A stretch of 64,000 nt of DNA, taken from positions 192,030 to 256,029 of the IMG/VR virus record IMGVR_UViG_3300027816_000052; one strand, given 5' to 3'. This document shows, one piece after another, positions 49,986 to 56,580 of the stretch (the first letter of the stretch is position 1; every line of letters starts with the position of its first letter). Below the pieces are notes generated by a model. The model was not told the origin of the DNA, did no database searches, and was given only the letters and a program-made list of their open reading frames with translations. A program made the translations under genes and the position numbers.

Positions 49986-50393
49986 ATGGGAATATTTGAT
50001 TGTTTAATAGATAAAGACAATGGAAAACCAAAATCTGATATGGAATATATTTACAGATTAGATATGGTTTGGATACCTAACAAACTTGAAAGTAAACCAA
50101 TTAAAATTGGAACGATAATGAATAATGTTATTCAACGAGATAATGGCAGTTATGAATTTACTTGTAAAGAAACTGGTGAAAGATTACAAGCAACTTATTC
50201 TTGGGCTTTGGCTGAAAACACACCAGAAAATGTTGAAAGAATAAAAATATATGATGATGAATATTTAAAATTCAAAGAATACGAAAGAAAAATAAATTCT
50301 TTGAGAAATAATATTATTACTCTTAAAGAGCGTGGAGAAAAAAGAAAAGAAAAAGATATTGCAGATGAAACTCAAATCGGAGAACAAATGTAG
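49986..50393 (+). CDS. cassette 8 gene c, hypothetical
   Basis: ORF track; C-terminus EKRKEKD is encoded by the cassette right arm. Confidence 0.55.
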   Translation: MGIFDCLIDKDNGKPKSDMEYIYRLDMVWIPNKLESKPIKIGTIMNNVIQRDNGSYEFTCKETGERLQATYSWALAENTPENVERIKIYDDEYLKFKEYERKINSLRNNIITLKERGEKRKEKDIADETQIGEQM

Positions 50394-50399
50394 TATTAC

Positions 50400-50458
50400 A
50401 CATAACGGTTCGGCGGGTTGCCGTTGTGCATTCAATAACGGCAACCCGACTGTTATGC
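50400..50458 (-). repeat. attC-like hairpin 8
   Basis: Perfect 12-bp stem CGGGTTGCCGTT/AACGGCAACCCG. Confidence 0.85.
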
Positions 50459-50498
50459 GGGGTCATTCTTTTTCACTCGGTAAAAAGCAAAAGGTACA

Positions 50499-50801
50499 AT
50501 GGCAAAAAGGAAGTTAGGCCCATCGAGCGGCAAGTGCTCCAAGTGCGGAGGTCACATCAGCATCAATCCACCAAGACCGTGCCGCCGCTGCTCAGGCGAA
50601 AAGCCTCAGGCGAGCTCGGAAAAGAAAGAGCGCGTGTTCACCGAGAGCGAGGTGAAGGCGATGGTGCGAGAGATTCTCGCAGAACAGGAACGACTGCATA
50701 TAAGCGATGGATCCGGAGGACACGATATTGTGTGGGCGGTCGGGATCGGAGAGGTCGAGGCGGTGTTTAAAGCGCACGGCATTGTTCTCGATCCCGCATA
50801 A
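50499..50801 (+). CDS. cassette 9 GC-rich protein with CxxC...CxxC zinc ribbon
   Basis: CSKCGG...CRRC; stop TAA inside the terminal GCATAAC; markedly higher GC. Confidence 0.65.
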   Translation: MAKRKLGPSSGKCSKCGGHISINPPRPCRRCSGEKPQASSEKKERVFTESEVKAMVREILAEQERLHISDGSGGHDIVWAVGIGEVEAVFKAHGIVLDPA

Positions 50802-50925
50802 CGGTTGACGGTATGAAAAGTTGGGGATTAAAAGATATAAACTTTCGCACCGATACAATGATAATTAATAGTACAAACCTTCGGGAACGCACACACGCCC
50901 CAATTTTTTATACCGTGTGTTATGC
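50796..50925 (-). repeat. attC-like hairpin 9
   Basis: ACGGTATGAAAAGTTGGGG / CCCCAATTTTTTATACCGT stem. Confidence 0.8.
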
Positions 50926-51369
50926 CCCGTTTTTATCCAATTTTTTATGTTACAAGACGAATTAGCATTACAATATAAATACAAAAAACTTCCATCAGAA
51001 TTATCTGACAAGGTAAGAAACCAATATTTGTCTGAAATACCAAAATGTTTGAATATCAATGGTGATTCTGAATTTGAGTTAAAAACAGCAAACGGTACAA
51101 TAATTTCAAAAGGATATGAAAGAATTGTAATTGGAGATTATGGAGCGTTTATTGAATTTAACAGAAATCAAGTTATTGACGAAAATATTTGTATTCAAAA
51201 GGGGCAAGAATATAGAATTAACGATGAAAAATATAGTAAGAATGTGAAATATTTTTGGTTGACTGCAAAAGATTCATCGTGTATAAAGATATATTTACAA
51301 CAGAAAACGGTATCATACGCAGATTATAAACCAAATATGTATTACGTGTCTCCATTTGAGGTTTTTTAA
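50917..51369 (+). CDS. cassette 10 hypothetical protein
   Basis: ORF track; true start may be the internal ATG (MLQDEL); segment 50919..51381. Confidence 0.6.
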   Translation: MLCPVFIQFFMLQDELALQYKYKKLPSELSDKVRNQYLSEIPKCLNINGDSEFELKTANGTIISKGYERIVIGDYGAFIEFNRNQVIDENICIQKGQEYRINDEKYSKNVKYFWLTAKDSSCIKIYLQQKTVSYADYKPNMYYVSPFEVF

Positions 51370-51374
51370 ATGGG

Positions 51375-51428
51375 GAATAACGTCCGATGATAAACAATCG
51401 TTTTAATGTTGTTTATCATTTGTTATGT
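51375..51428 (-). repeat. attC-like hairpin 10
   Basis: Perfect 11-bp stem ATGATAAACAA/TTGTTTATCAT. Confidence 0.85.
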
Positions 51429-51507
51429 GTAGGTGTGGATTATTAAGGTGGAATGTTTAATCGGAGAACTGAACAAAAATTTTAAAAGAAAAATTAATAT
51501 ATAGATT

Positions 51508-51732
51508 ATGGGAAACATAGTTAAAAAATTTGAAAACTTTAAAGATGGGTTATACGTCACATGTAAAAACGCACCAGAAGATAATTACCAACTTCATAAT
51601 AAAAAGGATTATTTGGTTATTAAATATGATAACCAACCGTATGGTGTTGGACGAGTAACTATATTTAACCCTTCAAGTAGAAAGGAAGAAACATATCCTA
51701 AAACTATGTTTAGTGAACCATTTAACAAATAA
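51508..51732 (+). CDS. cassette 11 hypothetical protein
   Basis: Segment 51422..51797; flanks nearly identical to cassette 4. Confidence 0.55.
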   Translation: MGNIVKKFENFKDGLYVTCKNAPEDNYQLHNKKDYLVIKYDNQPYGVGRVTIFNPSSRKEETYPKTMFSEPFNK

Positions 51733-51790
51733 TTTTTCTTTTAAAATTTTAAACATAGATGTTGATTAGAACGATGGGTGGAACACTTAC

Positions 51791-51923
51791 ACATAACGTT
51801 TCGCAGCTTGGCGAGGTGCGGGATTTACAGCACTAAAGACGATTAGAATTACAAATTTTTAAATAAAAAACAATATGTCAAACGAAGTACAAAACCCCGC
51901 ATCTTGCCAAACTGCTGTTATAT
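51791..51923 (-). repeat. attC-like hairpin 11 (contains the start of the next ORF)
   Basis: GCAGCTTGGCGAGGTGCGGG / CCCGCATCTTGCCAAACTGC stem. Confidence 0.85.
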
Positions 51924-52156
51924 GCCGCCTTTTTGATTTGGGAAGGAAAGGGTTAACATGGGATTGGTCAAAATTGGAACTGAAAAAACAATACTTTATC
52001 AGTCGTGAAGATGTTTTGAATATGAATATGCTTTGGCAACTTGCACAAGGTGGTATAACTGAACAAGCACAATCTTTGAATGCAGAAGTATTGATTTGGG
52101 AAGATGTCATAAAAAACGGATGGTACTTGTTGCTGAGACCGCAAGGTGGCATATAA
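51875..52156 (+). CDS. cassette 12 protein starting inside hairpin 11
   Basis: MSNEVQNPASCQTAVIC reads through the right arm and GTT core; stop lies in the terminal ATATAAC. Confidence 0.65.
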   Translation: MSNEVQNPASCQTAVICRLFDLGRKGLTWDWSKLELKKQYFISREDVLNMNMLWQLAQGGITEQAQSLNAEVLIWEDVIKNGWYLLLRPQGGI

Positions 52157-52284
52157 CGGTTTGCGTATTGCTGACGTTGCCAATTTGAAACACAAATGTT
52201 GAATTAAAAACAAAAAAATAAATATGAAAATCAGAGTTGAAGTTAAAGACGAAGCTGGCAATGTTCAGCAATACGTTGTTAGGC
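52151..52284 (-). repeat. attC-like hairpin 12 (contains the start of the next ORF)
   Basis: CGTATTGCTGACGTTGCCA / TGGCAATGTTCAGCAATACG stem. Confidence 0.85.
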
Positions 52285-52442
52285 GCAGTTACTTGGTCAA
52301 ATTTGTTGACCCGAAGAAAGAGTATCCTGTTACCTACACAATTAAACACGATGGCACAAGAGTAAATGAACCTGCAATGCTCAAAGGCGAAGATTTAACC
52401 GAAAATCAAATTGCACAACTTTTCTCGAAGGGTTTGTTGTAA
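52224..52442 (+). CDS. cassette 13 protein starting inside hairpin 12
   Basis: MKIRVEVKDEAGNVQQYVVRRS reads through the arm and core. Confidence 0.65.
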   Translation: MKIRVEVKDEAGNVQQYVVRRSYLVKFVDPKKEYPVTYTIKHDGTRVNEPAMLKGEDLTENQIAQLFSKGLL

Positions 52443-52446
52443 TTGC

Positions 52447-52541
52447 GCCTAACGATTGGGTGTATATGTAGTTTTTTATTTGGAAATGTCAAAACTTATT
52501 CGTACCTTTGTAAAAAAAATTACATATACACCTTGTTATGT
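52447..52541 (-). repeat. attC-like hairpin 13 (promoter in loop)
   Basis: GGTGTATATGTAGTTTTT / AAAAATTACATATACACC stem. Confidence 0.85.
52479..52510 (+). promoter_or_regulatory. Bacteroidota sigma70-type promoter inside hairpin 13
   Basis: TTTG-N20-TACCTTTG matches the -33/-7 consensus. Confidence 0.7.
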
Positions 52542-52572
52542 ATAGTTTATTCACAAATTAAAATAAAAGTTT

Positions 52573-52779
52573 ATGAAACAACCAAAAATTAAAATAACCG
52601 ACATTCACGGTAAAGACTGGGGTATTAAAAAAGTAAAAACACTTCATTGGAATTTGGACGGAAAATTAAACACAATTCAAGTTGATTTTTCTGGAACTAT
52701 GGATATGTATGATTTAGATGATGAAGGCGTTTTTACTAATCCACATGGTAATATGAAAGGCGTTATCATTTGGGAATAA
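52573..52779 (+). CDS. cassette 14 hypothetical protein
   Basis: Segment 52535..52791 bounded by GTTATGTATAGTTTATT/AATAAATTATACATAAC. Confidence 0.6.
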   Translation: MKQPKIKITDIHGKDWGIKKVKTLHWNLDGKLNTIQVDFSGTMDMYDLDDEGVFTNPHGNMKGVIIWE

Positions 52780-52784
52780 ATTAT

Positions 52785-52837
52785 ACATAACTAGTATATA
52801 TAAGTAAGTATAATCTAACCACTTAAAAATAAAGGAC
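52785..52837 (-). other. attI-like terminal site
   Basis: Last TACATAAC core has no hairpin partner; reads GTTATGT on the minus strand pointing into the array; 46 bp from the integrase start. Confidence 0.6.
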
Positions 52838-53638
52838 TTGAATAATAAAATTATTAAGATTTGTGAAGAAAAGTTTATATATTTAAACTATTCACCAAGA
52901 ACAAAAGATAATTATCTTTCACATATAAAAAATTTCTTAAATCACATTGGTAGTAAACAAGTAATACATTGTAATGCTCAAGATTTTCAATCCTATTTAG
53001 ATAATTATAAATTCACTTCAACAGCACAACAAAACCAAATCATTAACGCAATAAGATTTCTCTACAAATTTGGTCTTAATAAAAAATATGATAAAATATC
53101 GTTTAAAAGACCTAAATCTGAGAAGAAACTACCAAAAGTAATTGATTCAAATTCAATCATTGATAAATTAAATAAGATTGATAATCTCAAACACAAAGCA
53201 ATTCTCACCTTAACTTTTTCAGTTGGTCTACGAGTCTCAGAAATAATTAATCTTAAAATAGAGGATATTGATTCCAAGCGAATGTTAATCCACATTAAGA
53301 ACGCAAAAGGAAGAAAAGATAGAGTTGTTCCATTATCTCAAAATGTATTAAGACTATTAAGAACTTATTATAAAAATTATATCCCAAAGGAATATCTCTT
53401 CAATGGACAAAACAGTACTAAATATTCAATAGGTAGTTGTCAGAAAATATACAAAAAATATATTGAATCTGATGGACATATACACACACTTAGACACAGT
53501 TTTGCAACATCCTTATTAGAAAATGGAACAGATTTAAGAATTATTCAAAAAATTCTTGGTCATTCAAATGTTAAAACCACAGAAATATACACACACGTTT
53601 CAAATCAAATTTTGAACAAAATTAATTTGCCAGTTTGA
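52838..53638 (+). CDS. tyrosine recombinase/integrase (SAM-like N-domain + catalytic domain)
   Basis: YSPRT..NY, QNQIINAIRFLY, GLRVSE, KGRKDR, HTLRHSFAT, LGH, TTEIYTH. Confidence 0.93.
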   Translation: MNNKIIKICEEKFIYLNYSPRTKDNYLSHIKNFLNHIGSKQVIHCNAQDFQSYLDNYKFTSTAQQNQIINAIRFLYKFGLNKKYDKISFKRPKSEKKLPKVIDSNSIIDKLNKIDNLKHKAILTLTFSVGLRVSEIINLKIEDIDSKRMLIHIKNAKGRKDRVVPLSQNVLRLLRTYYKNYIPKEYLFNGQNSTKYSIGSCQKIYKKYIESDGHIHTLRHSFATSLLENGTDLRIIQKILGHSNVKTTEIYTHVSNQILNKINLPV

Positions 53639-53657
53639 AAAGTTTTAGTTATCTTTG
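53622..53657 (+). promoter_or_regulatory. Bacteroidota-type promoter
   Basis: TTTG-N20-TATCTTTG upstream of 53673..53954 (coordinates approximate). Confidence 0.55.
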
Positions 53658-53672
53658 TCAAAAATAACAAAA

Positions 53673-53954
53673 ATGAAAAAAGAAGTTTTTGAAATTATCA
53701 TCTGGAATGATACATTTGGAAAAGTGGTTGATGAAAGATTTGTTGATGAAACACAATTTTCGATTTTTTTGAAAGCGATTAAGGGTTGCTTGGATACAAC
53801 ACAAGATTTTAGTTATTTTAATGGAAAAAACTTTTTAATCCACATTCCTTTTGCAGTTTTGAAAAATAGCGTTATCTTTACCAAAGAAAATGAAATTGGT
53901 GTAAGTGAAATCATTAAATCAAAAGCTGAAGCTCTAACAACTAAAACAAAATAA
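53673..53954 (+). CDS. hypothetical protein
   Basis: ORF 53655..53954; ATG MKKEVF. Confidence 0.5.
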   Translation: MKKEVFEIIIWNDTFGKVVDERFVDETQFSIFLKAIKGCLDTTQDFSYFNGKNFLIHIPFAVLKNSVIFTKENEIGVSEIIKSKAEALTTKTK

Positions 53955-54097
53955 TAAAATGGGAAAACTTTTCAAAATCATTCTTGGTGTTATTTTGGTA
54001 TACATTGGCGGAAAAATGGTTTACAACAATGTAAAAGGTAAAAAAGATGAAGAATTTAATTTTAATGATTTTAAAGACTTGAAAGCAATTAAAGATA

Positions 54098-54355
54098 TTG
54101 AATTTTAAAAAAATGATAGAAAAAATTTTAGAGATATATGATGATGCTAGCTTTATGAAAGCTGACGGATTTGATAATGCAATAATCGGTATTGATGAGG
54201 TTGATATGCGATTAATATATTCGGTATCAAAATGTATTGACATTCTGAAAAAAGATGGTATGAATTATGAAGAAGCAAGAGAGTTTTTTGATTTTAATGT
54301 GAGCGGTTCTTATGTTGGTGAAAAAACACCAATATGGTGTTATGATGATTTTTAA
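54098..54355 (+). CDS. conserved phage-type hypothetical protein
   Basis: ADGFDNAIIG...EEAREFFDFNVSGSYVGEKTP. Confidence 0.6.
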   Translation: MNFKKMIEKILEIYDDASFMKADGFDNAIIGIDEVDMRLIYSVSKCIDILKKDGMNYEEAREFFDFNVSGSYVGEKTPIWCYDDF

Positions 54356-54413
54356 TTTCTTGGTTTTTTAAACCAAGTGGTGGAGCGACCTGCAAGCGTT
54401 TGGTCCCAAATAT

Positions 54414-54447
54414 AAATGGTGATAGAAATATCACCATTTTATTTTTT
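54414..54447 (+). terminator. rho-independent terminator
   Basis: AAATGGTGATA-GAAA-TATCACCATTT followed by a T-run. Confidence 0.7.
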
Positions 54448-54478
54448 TGTTATATTTATATATAAAACACTTCAAAAA

Positions 54479-54796
54479 ATGGCAAAATTCATTCTTACCG
54501 AAAAACAAATGGCGGAAGTTCTTCAGCATATTGAGAAAACAAAAAAACAAGTTAATGAAGATAAGGACGGTTCTTATATGGCAAAACAACAATTATTTAC
54601 AATTGCAACATTAGCATATAAAATGTGGGAGCAATTGGGTGATGATGAACAACTTGATGATTGGATGGAATCAAAGATAGCACAAGCTGAACAATCCGTT
54701 GTTGCTGTTGTTAAAGCATATATGTATGATGAGGTTGAAGATAAAATGAAGGGAATGGATAAGTTGGACCATAATGATTTAATTATTGGGAATTGA
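54479..54796 (+). CDS. putative virion-internal protein (ILTEKQM N-terminus)
   Basis: MAKFILTEKQM...VNED; MAKQQL...WMESKIAQA module; TATATTTAT upstream. Confidence 0.55.
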   Translation: MAKFILTEKQMAEVLQHIEKTKKQVNEDKDGSYMAKQQLFTIATLAYKMWEQLGDDEQLDDWMESKIAQAEQSVVAVVKAYMYDEVEDKMKGMDKLDHNDLIIGN

Positions 54797-54836
54797 CCTT
54801 TTGACTTTTTCTTTTTATCTTTATGGTGTTAAACCA

Positions 54837-55052
54837 ATGGAAAAAAGAAAACTAAAAATAGAATTAAACGAATATTGTTATAATTGCGCTGATGGCTGTT
54901 GTACTCATTATGGTACAATAACCAAAGTTAATGGTCAAGAATTGGAATTGCATAATGATGATACAGCAACAATACTTAAACAAGTATTGAAACATTTGGG
55001 TTATGAAGTCGAAATAACAACTAATGTAGCAGATGATTATGGGAATGTTTGA
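54837..55052 (+). CDS. hypothetical Cys-containing protein
   Basis: YCYNCADGCC motif. Confidence 0.45.
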   Translation: MEKRKLKIELNEYCYNCADGCCTHYGTITKVNGQELELHNDDTATILKQVLKHLGYEVEITTNVADDYGNV

Positions 55053-55341
55053 TGATTTATATATTGATAAAAAACATCTACCTGACGAGTTAAAAGATTA
55101 TGAATTTGGTTGGAAAACCAAAAGTCATCATAGACTTCTTAATTTATTGAAAATCGATGAAAATGGTAATCTATTATTGGTTGATGTTGATGAATATGGT
55201 AATCATGGAGAAACTGAAAAACTAAATTATACTGGTGAGATTAGATTTTATCAAAATATTAACTCAATATGGTACGAATTTGTTGCTTTTTTTGTGAAAG
55301 GTGAAATGTTAAAAATAATTAAATTAGAAGAAAATGAGTAA
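55042..55341 (+). CDS. hypothetical protein
   Basis: MGMFDDL...TK...IRFY pattern. Confidence 0.5.
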   Translation, partial: GMFDDLYIDKKHLPDELKDYEFGWKTKSHHRLLNLLKIDENGNLLLVDVDEYGNHGETEKLNYTGEIRFYQNINSIWYEFVAFFVKGEMLKIIKLEENE

Positions 55342-55543
55342 AGAACTAAAACCAGTTGAATATAAAATTACAACAAAAGCTGATGTTGTGTTATATGAAG
55401 GATTTGATATTAAATTAGCGGTTAGAGCATATTCAGATCTTAGTGCGGATAAACGGTTTGAAAGACGTGGCGATGATGAATGGAAACTAAAATTCTACAA
55501 ACCCGAAAATAATGAGTTCTTTAAACCAAAAGTTTTTAGATAA
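55334..55543 (+). CDS. hypothetical protein
   Basis: ORF track. Confidence 0.4.
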   Translation: MSKELKPVEYKITTKADVVLYEGFDIKLAVRAYSDLSADKRFERRGDDEWKLKFYKPENNEFFKPKVFR

Positions 55544-55547
55544 TCTT

Positions 55548-55579
55548 TTTGGAATTTGAAATTTTTTTTCTTAGATTTG
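55548..55579 (+). promoter_or_regulatory. Bacteroidota-type promoter
   Basis: TTTG-N20-TAGATTTG upstream of the RNA ligase. Confidence 0.65.
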
Positions 55580-55599
55580 CATAATAAAATAAGCAAAAT

Positions 55600-56580
55600 A
55601 TGAAAGACGCAACGATTGAAATTATTTCTGAAGTCAAAGCTCATCCTGATGCAGATAGACTTGATCTTGTTAAGATTCTTGGGTTTCAATGCGTTACACA
55701 AAAAGGACTTTATAAGGGTGGTGAGAAAATTGTTTATATTCGACCTGATGCGGTTCTTCCTATTGAACCTTGGACTGAAGAGTATCGAAAATATTCACCA
55801 AAACGAATCAAAGCTGTAAAACTTCGTGGCGAATTTAGTGAAGGTATTATTGTTAGGTTTGAACAACTTCCAGTTGATTTATCAAATCTTCAAGTTGGCT
55901 CTGATGTGAGTGAACAAATTGGTGTTGTTCATTATGAAGCACCACAACCACAAGATCTTCAAGCAAAAGGTTATCTTCCGGTTGGAATTGGTCCCACTGA
56001 TGAAATTCGATTTGAGAATATCATTGATGAACTTCCATTCGGTTCAATTGTTGATGTTACATCTAAAGTTGATGGACAAAGTTGTAGTTTCTATTATAAC
56101 ATTGAAACTGATGAATTTGGTGTTCTTGGAAGAAACTTGGAAATGAAGTTGGATGCGGTAAATAACTATACCGCACATGTTGCTCGTTACAACATTAAAA
56201 ATAAGCTTATTGACTATTGCAAAAAACATAATGTTTCTTTGTGCATTCGTGGTGAGTCGTTTGGTCAAGGGATTCAAAGTTCTGGAAACAATCCACATTC
56301 TCAAAAACCAAAAGGGTGGGTAATGTTTTCTGTATATAACATTAAAGAACGTAAATATCATAGAAAGAACGATAGATTCTATTTTAGAAATGTTGCGCAA
56401 GAATTGGAATTACCATTCGTTGATATCATTGAATTGGATGTCGAATTAACTAATGAGTTGATTCAAAAATATTCGGTTGGTATTGATAAAATTGAAGGTA
56501 AACCTTTTGAGGGTGTTGTAATTAATCATGAAAATGGTTCTTTTAAAGTTATTAACAAATCTTATGATTCTAAAAAATGA
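55600..56580 (+). CDS. Rnl2-like RNA ligase (DRB0094-type) with N-terminal OB-like domain
   Basis: HPDADRLDL N-terminus; motif I KVDGQS; RGESFG; EGVVI; FKVIN. Confidence 0.85.
   Translation: MKDATIEIISEVKAHPDADRLDLVKILGFQCVTQKGLYKGGEKIVYIRPDAVLPIEPWTEEYRKYSPKRIKAVKLRGEFSEGIIVRFEQLPVDLSNLQVGSDVSEQIGVVHYEAPQPQDLQAKGYLPVGIGPTDEIRFENIIDELPFGSIVDVTSKVDGQSCSFYYNIETDEFGVLGRNLEMKLDAVNNYTAHVARYNIKNKLIDYCKKHNVSLCIRGESFGQGIQSSGNNPHSQKPKGWVMFSVYNIKERKYHRKNDRFYFRNVAQELELPFVDIIELDVELTNELIQKYSVGIDKIEGKPFEGVVINHENGSFKVINKSYDSKK

Larger units (their letters stand above)
44208..53638. mobile_element. integron-like element: 14-cassette array, attI-like end and tyrosine recombinase
   Basis: 13 hairpins bounded by TAACG...TGTTA separate gene-sized segments, each with its own GTTA.../...TAAC inverted repeat; integrase at the right end. 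Confidence 0.85.

Noticed and set aside
50426-50858. Alternative long ORFs (50426..50770 +, 50592..50858 -) in the GC-rich cassette
   Set aside because: Expected by-products of high GC; they cross cassette boundaries, whereas 50499..50801 fits exactly between the cores.
46317-52541. Hairpins as simple rho-independent terminators or as a CRISPR array
   Set aside because: They lack U-tracts, share fixed TAACG/TGTTA cores, differ in sequence, and two are translated through; the cassette-specific outer IRs are not explained by termination.
44239-52791. A segments as IS elements or MITEs with terminal inverted repeats
   Set aside because: No transposase and no target-site duplications; the segments strictly alternate with hairpins and end at a tyrosine recombinase. 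An invertible (shufflon) model is also disfavoured because all ORFs share one orientation.
54372-54412. Possible tRNA or small RNA (GC-richer intergenic stretch)
   Set aside because: Too short, with no cloverleaf or T-loop GTTC; only the downstream terminator is supportable.
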